Source: an uncultured Planctomycetia bacterium (GTDB lineage Bacteria; Omnitrophota; Gorgyraeia; CAYWPX01). Taken from it: 64,000 nt of DNA. Within the stretch, counting starts at the first letter, position 1, and the number at the start of each line of letters is the position of its first letter. The notes under the pieces are model-generated. The model ran no database searches. It was given only the letters and a program-made list of their open reading frames with translations, and was not told the origin of the DNA. The stretch spans positions 7,220-71,219 of the forward strand of contig CAYWPX010000002.1 of NCBI GenBank assembly GCA_964460615.1, in the 5' to 3' direction. The position numbers and the translations under genes were made by a program. Positions 19,255 through 29,775 of this stretch are shown in pieces.

Positions 19255-20070
19255 TTATGTATTCTTCCCTAAGATCGGACATCTCCAGACAAACAACCGA
19301 TTGATCAAATCAGGTTTTTTGACCCCCAGAAATGTCCTCTTAATAATGCTATACCCTATTGGTAAGCTTGTATAAATAACCGCTGAAGAGACACCATTTG
19401 CATACAGCTTCTTATCTCCGAATACGCCAAAATTAGTATTTCCAAGGGTCCGGCAAACAACGATATTAGCTTTGCCTACAATCTCTTTTACTCCTTTGAC
19501 AGTCTGAGCCTCTTGGCCCATAGCAGGAATCAAAAGCACGAGTTTCGGCGCACGCGTATTATTGCCAGCGCTTTTGACCGCTTTTTGGATAGCCTCTTTT
19601 CCAGCATGGCACGCTGAAGACGAGCTTGATACCTCTGCCGAGCCTACGCCGAATTTTATATCACTTGATGTAATAGTTATCACAACAACAGAGTTAGTAA
19701 GCTCCTCATTCCCTGACATTTCACCGTATATCTTAGTCCTATCCCCCATAATTTCGCGCGCTTTTTTTAGTACGCCTTCTCCGTTCTTTTTGGCCGCGCC
19801 AAGGATAATGGCAAAAGTAGGGTTCCTGTATTTCTTACCATCGAGCGCCATACTGATAGCATCTTTTATGGCTAGATCCATGTCGGTTTCGGTTGACCAT
19901 CCTATCCCAAGCTCGGTGGAAGTTACTGGTTCCTCATTTGGTTTGATATTGCATACTTTATTATCAGGTCTGGGCAATGATTTCATACCCTCTAAAACTG
20001 CAAAGGTCCCTATAATAAGGACCATGATAATCATTAAAGCAGATCTGCGTCTTTTTCTAACCATAGTCAC
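19255..20070 (-). CDS. hypothetical membrane-anchored protein
   Basis: N-terminal anchor RRRSALMIIMVLIIGTFAVL; no recognisable family. Confidence 0.3.
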   Translation of the reverse strand: MTMVRKRRRSALMIIMVLIIGTFAVLEGMKSLPRPDNKVCNIKPNEEPVTSTELGIGWSTETDMDLAIKDAISMALDGKKYRNPTFAIILGAAKKNGEGVLKKAREIMGDRTKIYGEMSGNEELTNSVVVITITSSDIKFGVGSAEVSSSSSACHAGKEAIQKAVKSAGNNTRAPKLVLLIPAMGQEAQTVKGVKEIVGKANIVVCRTLGNTNFGVFGDKKLYANGVSSAVIYTSLPIGYSIIKRTFLGVKKPDLINRLFVWRCPILGKNT

Positions 20071-20077
20071 CCTCCTA

Positions 20078-20380
20078 TCATATGTCGGGGATCGACTTTA
20101 TGCTCCAAAGCTCCTCTACCAATTTCACAGCACTTTGATTTACCTTATAGCGGAAAGTCCTCCCGACCCTTTCTGAACTGATAAGACCTGCATTACGCAA
20201 TTCCTTAAAGTGATGAGAAATAGTAGAACGTGAGATCTTCACCTGATCGCATGTCTTTGTAAAAGCCATTTCCATACATTCATTGCCAGAGCAGCATTCT
20301 ACATATAAAGCCAGAAAGATCCTTAACCTTTCTTCGCTCGACAGTGCCTTGAATATCCTGCAATAGTTCGATAGTTTCAT
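20078..20380 (-). CDS. ArsR/SmtB-family metalloregulatory transcription factor
   Basis: 100 aa with an HTH STISHHFKELRNAGLI and a cysteine cluster ECCSGNEC. Confidence 0.75.
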   Translation of the reverse strand: MKLSNYCRIFKALSSEERLRIFLALYVECCSGNECMEMAFTKTCDQVKISRSTISHHFKELRNAGLISSERVGRTFRYKVNQSAVKLVEELWSIKSIPDI

Positions 20381-20464
20381 AACAATAGAAGTATATCATA
20401 TTTTAGCCATTTGTCAAGAGTCAATGTATAAATATCTAAAGTGGATGCTCTTGGACAAAAAAAC

Positions 20465-20497
20465 TCAAGCCGTTTTTAAGGCTTGAGTCTGATCTTC
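20465..20497 (-). terminator. Rho-independent terminator downstream of the helicase gene
   Basis: Minus strand CTCAAGCCTTAAAAACGGCTTGAG followed by TTTTTTT. Confidence 0.55.
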
Positions 20498-20554
20498 CAT
20501 AACCGGCATACTTTTAAATTTATGCTCCGGCGAGAGTGTCCTATCTATTGCCGA

Positions 20555-21880
20555 TTAAAAGAGGCTGGCGAATTTATCCTTAAACTCATAAATACGCCGG
20601 TCAAATATTATGTCTTTTGCGGTTACCGGCCGCCGGAGCCTTATGCCGCCAAGCTCCGTGCACCTAGATAATGCCACATAAAGTTGTCCGTGGGTAAACG
20701 CACCGTATCCCAGGTCTATTATAACCTTGTCAAAGGTTTGACCCTGGCTCTTATGAATCGTTATGGCCCATGCCAGCTTAAGAGGGTACTGCGCAAAATC
20801 CCCCACAACCTCGTCCTCTATCTTATCCTCATCTTCGTTGTAGCTATATTCGATCTTCTGCCATCTGGCTATAGGGACATCGCATCTATTTCCATTGATA
20901 TTTACGACTATCGAATCTTCAGAGAGGGCGACGACTTTGGCTAAAGTACCGTTTACCCATTGCTTTGCAGGATCGTTTTTTATCAGTATGACCTGCGCGC
21001 CTTTTTTTAACCTCAATGCGGTATCTGTCGGGTAAGCCGACTCTTCAAATTTTCCGGAAGCCAAAGCCTTATATGTTATTTCTTTTCCGGGAAGACGCGA
21101 TAAGCGATCCTGATTTATTGTATTTGCCAGGCTATTCGTCGTTGTCAGGATTACTGTCTCGTCTTTTTTCTTAAAAACTGCGGCGTCTTCGTGGACCCTT
21201 TTGTTTAATATATCCAGATCCTCTTCGGTATATTCTTTATTCCTCACCCTATTCAAGAGTTCCATAAACGAACTATCTTTTTGTCTATATATGGTCGATA
21301 ACTCAACGGATCTAAGATTGCAATCGTTAAACACTTTGGCGCTGAAAAAATAAGGGCTTGGATATCGCTCTGCCAAGAGCTCTTTTGCTTCATTTTCGAC
21401 CACAGGAGATAACTGGAAAAGATCGCCAAAAAATACCATTTGAACTCCCCCAAACGGCGTCTTCATTTTACCGCGGTTAAGGCGTAGCGCATAATCAATC
21501 CCGTCCATAATATCCGCGCGGACCATCGATACCTCGTCTATTATTACCATGTCGAGATTCTCGACTAACTTCTTGTCCCGAAGCGGCTTTATCGAATCTT
21601 TGTGAATAATCTTTGGAGGCAATCTAAAAAAAGAATGTATTGTCTGTCCGCCGACATTGACCGCCGCGACACCTGTCGGAGCTAAAACAATTATTTTTTT
21701 ACCCGTATTGGCCTTAAAATATTTTAGAAGGGTCGACTTGCCGGTGCCCGCCTTACCTGTGATAAAAAGGCATTCCTTGGTATATTCCATAAGATCAAAT
21801 GCTGATTTAAATTCATCATTTATGTCGAGATGCTCCGGGAGAAAATCCTGTGGTATAGTTTTATCGGTAAAAATTTTCAT
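20555..21880 (-). CDS. Pif1/RecD-family ATP-dependent DNA helicase
   Basis: Walker A FITGKAGTGKST, Walker B MVIIDEVSM, and a Pif1-like C-terminal region WAITIHKSQGQTFD. Confidence 0.7.
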   Translation of the reverse strand: MKIFTDKTIPQDFLPEHLDINDEFKSAFDLMEYTKECLFITGKAGTGKSTLLKYFKANTGKKIIVLAPTGVAAVNVGGQTIHSFFRLPPKIIHKDSIKPLRDKKLVENLDMVIIDEVSMVRADIMDGIDYALRLNRGKMKTPFGGVQMVFFGDLFQLSPVVENEAKELLAERYPSPYFFSAKVFNDCNLRSVELSTIYRQKDSSFMELLNRVRNKEYTEEDLDILNKRVHEDAAVFKKKDETVILTTTNSLANTINQDRLSRLPGKEITYKALASGKFEESAYPTDTALRLKKGAQVILIKNDPAKQWVNGTLAKVVALSEDSIVVNINGNRCDVPIARWQKIEYSYNEDEDKIEDEVVGDFAQYPLKLAWAITIHKSQGQTFDKVIIDLGYGAFTHGQLYVALSRCTELGGIRLRRPVTAKDIIFDRRIYEFKDKFASLF

Positions 21881-22692
21881 ATTATAACTTTCACTTGTGT
21901 CCTTTTTTTACGATAGGTTAGCATAAGGCTGCAATCAGTGATATTTTCCCTACGCATATCGGTTGATATCCGGCTGATAAGCGTCTTAGCCTTATTATGC
22001 CTTTCGCTGATATGAGCAAGAAAAACATGTTTTAAAGCCGCTCTATCGGTAGATCCATTTTTGATCTTTACAAGCGCCCAAGCCGCAGCTTCATTATTAA
22101 GGTGCTCTTTCCAGGTCGACTGATTTGGCGATTTTTTCCAAGCTAACTGGGCGTCATGATTACATTCAAGTATCAGACACTTACAATCATAAAGCATCCT
22201 AACCATACTATCGGTTACTTTGTTTGTATCTGTTAAAAAGCCAACCTTGCAGCGCGAGTTACTATTTTTATACTCTATACAAAAACCAAAGGGCCTCCCT
22301 ACATAACCGCCGTTATGGAAAGTTTTAAAAGGCGCAATCTTCAGATCATTTATTATAAATGGCTTTTCAGTATGATACACTATTTTCAATCGATGATCTT
22401 TGGCGCAATATCGCTCCTTAATGACTTGATATGTTTCATTATGTATATAAATCGGTATTTCGTAGTGATCTGCAATTTTGAAAGTATTTTTAGAAATATG
22501 ATCGACATGCCCATGAGTTATAACAATGCCACTAATAAGCGAAGGGTCTAATTCAATATCTTCCAGGTCTTTTCCGATGTCCTTTAGGCTGATACCGGAG
22601 CAATCAATCAAAATACCGGATTTCTCCGTCCAAATAGCGGTGCAATTACCTTTAGAACTACTTCTAAGCACGCATACTTTTAAATACGACAC
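21877..22692 (-). CDS. MBL-fold metallo-hydrolase
   Basis: ITHGHVDH is the HxHxDH motif. The 4-bp overlap with the helicase start indicates an operon. Confidence 0.7.
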   Translation of the reverse strand: MSYLKVCVLRSSSKGNCTAIWTEKSGILIDCSGISLKDIGKDLEDIELDPSLISGIVITHGHVDHISKNTFKIADHYEIPIYIHNETYQVIKERYCAKDHRLKIVYHTEKPFIINDLKIAPFKTFHNGGYVGRPFGFCIEYKNSNSRCKVGFLTDTNKVTDSMVRMLYDCKCLILECNHDAQLAWKKSPNQSTWKEHLNNEAAAWALVKIKNGSTDRAALKHVFLAHISERHNKAKTLISRISTDMRRENITDCSLMLTYRKKRTQVKVII

Positions 22693-22892
22693 TTTATTCT
22701 TATCCTTTTTTATATATTATAACACGATGTCTTGCTTATAGATATACCCCGCGGAGAAAATTAAAAATAACGACCTATTATTTTTAACTATTTTTATTCA
22801 AACAAAAAATCCTAAGCTTTAATGGCTTAGGATTTGAAATTTGGTTTTGAATCTTTAATAGGGACGGACATCTATTTATTTTTTTACAAACA

Positions 22893-23471
22893 TCATTTTC
22901 CATATACCTTTTTTATAAGCCAAGACATATTTTTACCCAATACGCTCATCGTCAACAATCCCTCTTCATCTTTTTCGACTTCTCCTATTTCGCGCCCTAT
23001 CCCTATATTCCAATACGAAGATCCGACAATTATCATCTGCCCTATCGTAAAAAAATGGTTCAGAGTATCAAATGCATGAATGGCTCCGGAGCGCCTGACC
23101 GAAACAACTGCAGCGCCGATCTTACGTTTAAACATTTCTCCGTTTGCCTTAGAAACAAATCCCGCGCGGTCAATTAAAGCTTTTATCTGCGCCGTGCAAT
23201 CGGCAAAATAAGTAGGCGAGCCTAAGATGATCCCTTCTGCGCGTTCCATTTTTTCAATACATTCATTTACTATGTCATCGGTTATTACACAACGCTTGTT
23301 TTTAGCGGAGAAACATTTATAACAGGCAGTACACCCCTGAATTTTTTCTCCGGCAAGCTGAACAAGTTCAGTCTTAATACCTTCTTTTTCAAGCTCCTTA
23401 AATACATGCCGTATCATTATAGCTGTATTTCCGTCTTTGCGCGCGCTTCCGTTAAAGGCAATAACTTTCAT
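22893..23471 (-). CDS. flavodoxin-like fold NAD(P)H-dependent FMN reductase / iron-sulfur flavoprotein-like
   Basis: MKVIAFNGSARKDGNT start, a cysteine cluster CTACYKC...C, and GSPTYF. Confidence 0.6.
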   Translation of the reverse strand: MKVIAFNGSARKDGNTAIMIRHVFKELEKEGIKTELVQLAGEKIQGCTACYKCFSAKNKRCVITDDIVNECIEKMERAEGIILGSPTYFADCTAQIKALIDRAGFVSKANGEMFKRKIGAAVVSVRRSGAIHAFDTLNHFFTIGQMIIVGSSYWNIGIGREIGEVEKDEEGLLTMSVLGKNMSWLIKKVYGK

Positions 23472-23516
23472 TGCATAACCTACTTTAAAATATTAGAGAA
23501 GTAATTTTCCCGCGGG

Positions 23517-26453
23517 TTAAAAACTATACCTTACCGCTACCGAACCATAAATACCGAAGAATTGATCTTTTATTTCCGTATCGCATGTTCCGACTAAAGA
23601 TACGTTATTGTCCATATCGAAAGAGAGCTTGCCTCCTGCGTTAAAACTGCTTTGGGCGGGTTTGCAGCCATTGGAATTAAACGATGCGCCGCCTCCGTTA
23701 AATGTCGATGTCATAGCCATATCATCTCCCATAAAATCATACAGCCATTTTCCGTGGGCTTCGGGAGTAAATACGCCGTATTTTGATTTCATAGAATAGC
23801 TTACTCCTGCTCCTACGCCTGACTGCAACAGGTTGTAATTTTGGCTCTTAGTAGTTAGGTTCATAGACCCGGCACCTCTTTCAGTATAACCTTCAAGACG
23901 AAGATGGCTGTATTGAAGTGAAGCAAGTGGTGTAAGTTTTACGTTATTGCCTAAATCGAAGTTGTAGCCGCCTCCTATGTAGGCGCCGTATTGCTGGCCG
24001 TCATATGCGGCGTTTGCTTGCCTATTTATAGCAGTCCCGACATTTACATCGCGTTTTCCGTCATACCAGTTCCATGCAAAAGAACCGGCTGCATCTATGA
24101 AGTAAGGATATTTTTTATCCTGGTATCCGCCGTATACTGTTCCTTGGCCGCTGTTGATAACAGTCCTTCCGCTATTAGCATCTGAAAAGACTTTTCCGTA
24201 AGCATAACCTCCGCTTAGGCCAAGTGTGATATTGTCATTAAATAGGTGGTCTATGCCTATTGCTGTTCCGGCATTCCACGCATCGTATCCGAGAACACCT
24301 TTACGCGTGCCTTGTGTAAGATAACTGCCGTAGCCTTTGCCCCATATGCCGTTTAGATTGATCTCGTCACCCGAAGAGATGCCTGTTTTAGCTAAGTCGC
24401 TTGAAGCAACATTTAAGACTTCATTAGCTCTATCAATAGAGGCTCCGACGAAGTTATATAACGAAGACGTAGTGTTATTAAAAACACCCGCATCGACTTC
24501 TGGGACCATGCTGTTGAGGGATTGAGCGATCTCATCTCCCGAAGTTAGCGAATCAAGATTGCCTAAAACTGTTTGCATATCTCCTGTTGCAGTATTATTG
24601 ATAGCAAGATTATTCAAGACTGCACCTGCTGCGCTAGCATCGGGATTAGATGCGTAGCTATTGTAGCTATTAGCGCGGGTTGCAGTTAAAATTAGATCGC
24701 CGGTTGTTTTATCTCCGGAAAAATTAAATATCGGGCTACTCGAACTAATTACGCTTGGCACAGCAGTTATACCCGTGGCCCCTGTATCTACAACTTTAAA
24801 AGTTGCATTATTTGGAATGTATCCGCCTATTGTAACGCCGACGCTGGTTGCCGCGTTTACTAAAGTGCCTGTTGTTGTAATCTTCCCAAAATTAGTTGCT
24901 GAATTAGCCGAAAGATTTAATGTGGAAACATAGCCGTTATTAATTGTCAGCGCACTATTTCCTACATCGAGGGTCGCCGTAGTAGCAGCATTTAAATCAA
25001 TATCTCCGGAAATCGTTCCGCGGTTTGTTATGCTGATTGTTCCGCCGGCCGTGGAACTATCTATAGCCGTGAGACCTGAAATTGTCCCACCGTGATAATT
25101 TGCAATGACTGAATTACCGCTTTCTATTTTTATCGCTGTGCCGGTTGCAGAAGTTGATATCTCGCCGTAATTATTTACTGTATTATTTCCGCTGGTCGGC
25201 ACCGGGACCAAGGCGGAATATACCGTTGTATCGCCTTTAAAAAGAATTGCGATATCATCTGTGCCGACTTCACCCCATTTTACGGTAGTCGCCCCGGATA
25301 TAGTGCCTCTATTCTCAATTTCATAATTTAACGACCAAACCAAAATTCCCTGCCCGCCGGATAAAGAACTTCCGTTAGCGATTTTTATTTTGTTATTATT
25401 AGTTAAATCCGTTTTAATTTTGGTCTGGAAACGATGCCCCGCCCAGATAGTATCGCAGGTACCATTGACATCGAAACTTGCAAAACCATTTCCGTATTCC
25501 GAGCCCGTAGTGGTGCTTAAATTGGTCCCATCATTCCTAGTATAGATATAAGACTGCGTCGGATATATGCCATAAACCGTAACGGTCCCGTAATTATTTC
25601 CTAAAACAGTTCCCGAAAAATTCTGATTTGGAAGAATAACAAATTCGCTCATCCCTTGTATCTCGGAAAGCGTCGAACCGCCGTTATCCCAAAAATAGGT
25701 ATAACCGAATTGCGTAAAAGGGAACTTAGAAGCTCCGCCGCTATAAGCATTATTCCTGAAATTTGTAAAAAAAGTTTTAAAGTCATCATATGTAGCCTGG
25801 AGCATATTGGCTGGCTTAGCAAGGAATGCGCCGCCATCCGTAAAATCGGAAGGATTATTTGAAATGTAAGTCGACATATCAACACGTTTTGTCGGCCGTA
25901 TAAGATTATCGTTTATATAACCTGTCGTAGCAGGTCCTACCGCATACTCAATAGTAGCGTTATGGCTTCCGTCGTTATTCATACCCAATCCTCTCTCAAG
26001 AAGCTTGGTAACATCGGAGCCTGTTAAAGAGCCCTTATTTGTATCAAGAAACTTTGTCATATCATTTCCGACAGTTACAAAAGCACCCGAAGCTGACGCA
26101 ATAGTTCCGACAATATTGTAATCCTCGCCCGGCGCTTTTGTCGTGGAACTGGTAGTTATCCAGAACTGTTGTTTGGATAAAGTTCTTGCAATAACTTTTG
26201 TATCCGTAGCGTCATATTTAATTCCATAACTTGAATTTTCGGAAGACTGCCCCCCTCCGACAATAGTAATAATAGAACTGCCGGGCGAACTCGGCGGAAG
26301 CCAAACGGAGCTAGGCGTAGTAGCATGCGCTATAGCACTAGTTATTGACTCATCATATGTTTCAGCTAGGGCGTTAAATGAAAAACTTAAATAAAATATT
26401 GAGAGGAAAATACTGAGGGGAAAAAATATACAGAGCTTAAAATGTTTCATCAA
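23517..26453 (-). CDS. type V autotransporter (beta-helical passenger plus C-terminal beta-barrel)
   Basis: Signal peptide. Passenger rich in GTISG / G-x-T repeats. The C-terminal ~280 aa has alternating aromatic beta-strands ending ...SVAVRYSF, the terminal Phe typical of autotransporter barrels. Confidence 0.7.
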   Translation of the reverse strand: MMKHFKLCIFFPLSIFLSIFYLSFSFNALAETYDESITSAIAHATTPSSVWLPPSSPGSSIITIVGGGQSSENSSYGIKYDATDTKVIARTLSKQQFWITTSSTTKAPGEDYNIVGTIASASGAFVTVGNDMTKFLDTNKGSLTGSDVTKLLERGLGMNNDGSHNATIEYAVGPATTGYINDNLIRPTKRVDMSTYISNNPSDFTDGGAFLAKPANMLQATYDDFKTFFTNFRNNAYSGGASKFPFTQFGYTYFWDNGGSTLSEIQGMSEFVILPNQNFSGTVLGNNYGTVTVYGIYPTQSYIYTRNDGTNLSTTTGSEYGNGFASFDVNGTCDTIWAGHRFQTKIKTDLTNNNKIKIANGSSLSGGQGILVWSLNYEIENRGTISGATTVKWGEVGTDDIAILFKGDTTVYSALVPVPTSGNNTVNNYGEISTSATGTAIKIESGNSVIANYHGGTISGLTAIDSSTAGGTISITNRGTISGDIDLNAATTATLDVGNSALTINNGYVSTLNLSANSATNFGKITTTGTLVNAATSVGVTIGGYIPNNATFKVVDTGATGITAVPSVISSSSPIFNFSGDKTTGDLILTATRANSYNSYASNPDASAAGAVLNNLAINNTATGDMQTVLGNLDSLTSGDEIAQSLNSMVPEVDAGVFNNTTSSLYNFVGASIDRANEVLNVASSDLAKTGISSGDEINLNGIWGKGYGSYLTQGTRKGVLGYDAWNAGTAIGIDHLFNDNITLGLSGGYAYGKVFSDANSGRTVINSGQGTVYGGYQDKKYPYFIDAAGSFAWNWYDGKRDVNVGTAINRQANAAYDGQQYGAYIGGGYNFDLGNNVKLTPLASLQYSHLRLEGYTERGAGSMNLTTKSQNYNLLQSGVGAGVSYSMKSKYGVFTPEAHGKWLYDFMGDDMAMTSTFNGGGASFNSNGCKPAQSSFNAGGKLSFDMDNNVSLVGTCDTEIKDQFFGIYGSVAVRYSF

Positions 26454-26621
26454 AAAATATATTTATCCATAAAAATTGGGGTCCCCCTATTATTCGCCCT
26501 AGGAAGAACTTCTTGGTATATCCTTTTATATATTATAGCCGAGTAACTGATAGAAACAAGCTAATTTTACTATATAGAGATTTATCCTAACCAAAATGTC
26601 TGTTTTAATACTTAAAGTTAT

Positions 26622-28007
26622 TTATTCCTTAGAAGATACTTTGGAAACAAGCGCTTCAGCAAGCTTTCTCCGGCGTAACTTTCTAACAGTAATGGAGATA
26701 TTATCAAAAGACAATATTTCCCCTGCCTCAATATCTCTGCCGAGTTTTTGTTTAATCCACTCTGCAAGAGTTAATTGTTGTTCGGGCATATTTTCAATTG
26801 GAACTTCGATGTTAAGCGTTGATAAGATAATTTTCATTGAAACTGCACCACCTGCGATCCAGCCCATGCCAAAGGATTGGATATTAGCGGGAAGCCGATC
26901 AAATTCATCTTCAATTTCACCAACCAGTTCTTCAATAATATCCTCCAAAGTAATCATCCCAACAACTTTCTGCTTTTGAGAAATTACAAGAGCGATGTGC
27001 ACCTTTTCGTGCATCATTTCCGATAGAGCCTTCGAAAGCGGCGTTTCTTTAATAATTTTTTTAATTGGTCGTGTTATCCCTTTAACAGAAGGATTATTAG
27101 GGCTAATTTTTAAAGCATTCACAATATCCTTAAAATTAAGGTACCCAATAATTATTTTAGGGTCTCCAGCTTTTTCACACACAGGAAACCGCGTATGCAT
27201 ATCAAGATGCGCTTTTATCAAAGCATCGGAAAGGGTATCGGTCACCGGGATCATTGAAACATAATCAATATCAAGCATAATATCAGCTACTTTTCTTTGG
27301 GACAACTGAGCTGCTGAAAGAACAATCTTTTCTTCATGGGCTCCAATAAGTCGGGATGCCCTGGCAAGAGCAGCTGCAGCCTTTAGCTCATACAAGCTCT
27401 CTATGTCAACAGCAGATTTTCCTTTTGTTTCCTTTGGCCCTAAAATCATGATTTTCTTCACTATCGCCTCAAAAAAAGAGACAGCTGGATTCGCAATACG
27501 GGCAATTGCCTTCATTATCGGTGACAAAGCGAGGCAAACAGATTCTCTGTTATTTAAAGCAAACATTTTCGGAACTAATTCAGCAAAAATAATAGTAAAT
27601 GCGCTTAATGGTATAACAAGAGATATAAGCGCCAATATTTCCGCATACAAATATGGAATCCCTATCGTGGCAAGAAATGGCGTAAAAAATTCCTGCACGC
27701 CAACTCCTCCTATAGCCGCGGCTATAGCGCCTGCCAAGGTTATACCAAGCTGTACCACTGCAAGACTAGCTTCCATTCTGTCTTTCATATAGGCTGCTTC
27801 TTGGGCGCCCTTTTTTTTCTGTTGACAAAGAGTTGAAAGCCTTGCCCGAGAAATTGATGCAAGAGCCATCTCATAAGCGGCAAAAACAGCGTTAACAAAT
27901 AGCATTAAAAAAATAATGAGCATTTTGTAGCCAAAGTTCATATTTTTAACCTCTTTAAAATAAATAAAATCCTGCTTATATTTGCTGATTTTTTCGAAAA
28001 TTACCAA
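26622..28007 (-). CDS. HlyC/CorC-family transporter (CNNM/DUF21 TM domain, CBS pair, CorC_HlyC domain)
   Basis: DUF21-like TM N-terminus (likely start MNFGYKMLIIFL at about 27941), a central CBS pair and the C-terminal transporter-associated domain. Confidence 0.75.
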   Translation of the reverse strand: MVIFEKISKYKQDFIYFKEVKNMNFGYKMLIIFLMLFVNAVFAAYEMALASISRARLSTLCQQKKKGAQEAAYMKDRMEASLAVVQLGITLAGAIAAAIGGVGVQEFFTPFLATIGIPYLYAEILALISLVIPLSAFTIIFAELVPKMFALNNRESVCLALSPIMKAIARIANPAVSFFEAIVKKIMILGPKETKGKSAVDIESLYELKAAAALARASRLIGAHEEKIVLSAAQLSQRKVADIMLDIDYVSMIPVTDTLSDALIKAHLDMHTRFPVCEKAGDPKIIIGYLNFKDIVNALKISPNNPSVKGITRPIKKIIKETPLSKALSEMMHEKVHIALVISQKQKVVGMITLEDIIEELVGEIEDEFDRLPANIQSFGMGWIAGGAVSMKIILSTLNIEVPIENMPEQQLTLAEWIKQKLGRDIEAGEILSFDNISITVRKLRRRKLAEALVSKVSSKE

Positions 28008-28018
28008 TCTATCTTCTA

Positions 28019-29482
28019 CTAATTAATTTTAATCCGTGCCAGTAACTGCTGAAGAGTTGAAAAATCCGTAATATTAGCTAGTATCAGCAAAACATCGCCG
28101 CCTTCTATGACTGTAGATCCAGAAGGAATAATAAATTTGTCATTCCGAGAAATAAGCAAGATAAGGCACTTCTCAGGGATGTTCAAATCGCTGATTCTTT
28201 TACCTACCGCCGCTGAAATGTACGGCACAATAGCTTCCGTTAATTCCGCGTCAATACCTTCTGTTTTTTCAAATTCTATAGGATATTTCTTCCTATAGGT
28301 CAGTGGGACATCCAGTTTCAATAATTTAGAAATAAACGGAATGGATGTCCCTTGAATAAAGACCGACGCGATAACAACAAAGAATACGATATTAAAATAA
28401 ACGTCCGCCTGTGGAATGCCCGCCATAAAAGGGAACGTCGCGAGAATAATCGGAACCGATCCTCTTAGACCAACCCATCCGATCATAATTTTTTTCCGTA
28501 TACTCATCTTAAATGGCAATAGACACAGTATTACGCTGACCGGACGGGCCACTACCATCAAGAGAAATGTAAGCAATAGTCCCGCCCCTATCAACGGAAC
28601 TATATGTGAGGGAAAAACGAGCAGCCCCAGCGTAACAAACATAACGATTTGCATGAGCCAGGCCAAGCCATCATGAAATTTCATAATCATCTTTTTATTG
28701 GGAAACTCCGCATGACCCAACATTAGACCCGCTATATATACCGCCAGAAAACCGTTGCCCTTCAAAAATACGGCAATCACATACGTTAAAAGAACAAGAG
28801 AGATCATCAGCGCTAAATATAGCCCTTCGTATTCCAATTTCAAACGATTGATAAAAAATATGATAAATCTTGCCGATAGATACCCTGTGAGGGCGCCCAC
28901 GCCCATATCGATGACAAATTTTGGGATGAGGAGAGCGATATTTGACCCATTTGCTGCAATGATGCCTATAAATCCTATGGTCAAGAAAACAGCCATAGGG
29001 TCATTGCTGCCGGATTCAAATTCGAGTAGAGGCTTAAGGGGGCTTCTTAGACTTATACGTTTGGATCTCAGTATACTGAACACAGCGGCGGCATCTGTTG
29101 AGGAAACTATAGAACCCAGGAGCATTCCTTCAAGAAAAGAAAACCTCAGGATATATACGGCGAAAATCCCGGTTATAATAGCGGTCAGTAGCACTCCGGC
29201 TGTCGATAGAATAATTCCCGGCAAGACAACAGATTTAGTTTCCTTCCAATTTGTATCCAATCCGCCTGAAAAAATAATGAACATTAAAGCTATTACGCCT
29301 ATCGATTTCGCTAATTGCGCGTTGTCAAAATAAATACCGCCGATGCCTTCCGAGCCGGCAAACATACCAATCGCTAAAAATAGCAATAAAGCAGGAATGG
29401 CGAATTTATCGGAGAGTTTACTTGAAACAACGCTCGCGAATATCAACACCGCTACCCATAACAAAATATATTCAATTTGCAT
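28019..29482 (-). CDS. NhaP-type K+(Na+)/H+ antiporter (CPA1) with C-terminal TrkA_C/RCK_C domain; paralog of 40752..42236
   Basis: Polytopic N-terminal domain with ...GLRGSVPIILATFP... and a C-terminal regulatory domain; more than 75% identical to the second copy. Confidence 0.8.
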   Translation of the reverse strand: MQIEYILLWVAVLIFASVVSSKLSDKFAIPALLLFLAIGMFAGSEGIGGIYFDNAQLAKSIGVIALMFIIFSGGLDTNWKETKSVVLPGIILSTAGVLLTAIITGIFAVYILRFSFLEGMLLGSIVSSTDAAAVFSILRSKRISLRSPLKPLLEFESGSNDPMAVFLTIGFIGIIAANGSNIALLIPKFVIDMGVGALTGYLSARFIIFFINRLKLEYEGLYLALMISLVLLTYVIAVFLKGNGFLAVYIAGLMLGHAEFPNKKMIMKFHDGLAWLMQIVMFVTLGLLVFPSHIVPLIGAGLLLTFLLMVVARPVSVILCLLPFKMSIRKKIMIGWVGLRGSVPIILATFPFMAGIPQADVYFNIVFFVVIASVFIQGTSIPFISKLLKLDVPLTYRKKYPIEFEKTEGIDAELTEAIVPYISAAVGKRISDLNIPEKCLILLISRNDKFIIPSGSTVIEGGDVLLILANITDFSTLQQLLARIKIN

Positions 29483-29559
29483 AGCACTTAGCTCTTTTCC
29501 TAATCGCTATATATTATACATCCGCAGAATTTAATGGCAACAGAGGAAGCTCCTGTTCC

Positions 29560-29694
29560 TTATATGCTCTTATCGTCATTTTTCGGCGGATCATTCTTCT
29601 TTTTTCTACCTGCAAAAAGCATAAAACCAACCCATATTATTGCTCCAGCAAATAACACGTACACAATCCAATCCTGAGATAAATTACCAGTCAT
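29560..29694 (-). CDS. unannotated 44-aa single-TM small membrane protein upstream of NhaP copy 1
   Basis: My translation: MTGNLSQDWIVYVLFAGAIIWVGFMLFAGRKKKNDPPKNDDKSI. A near-identical paralog lies at 43495-43635; both are missed by the track because they are under 60 aa. Confidence 0.5.
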   Translation of the reverse strand: MTGNLSQDWIVYVLFAGAIIWVGFMLFAGRKKKNDPPKNDDKSI

Positions 29695-29775
29695 GTTTTC
29701 AGTCCCTTCTTTTTACTTAAGGCTAATATGACAAAGAATCCGTATGCAACTAACTGTTTTGAGGATATTATGAAG

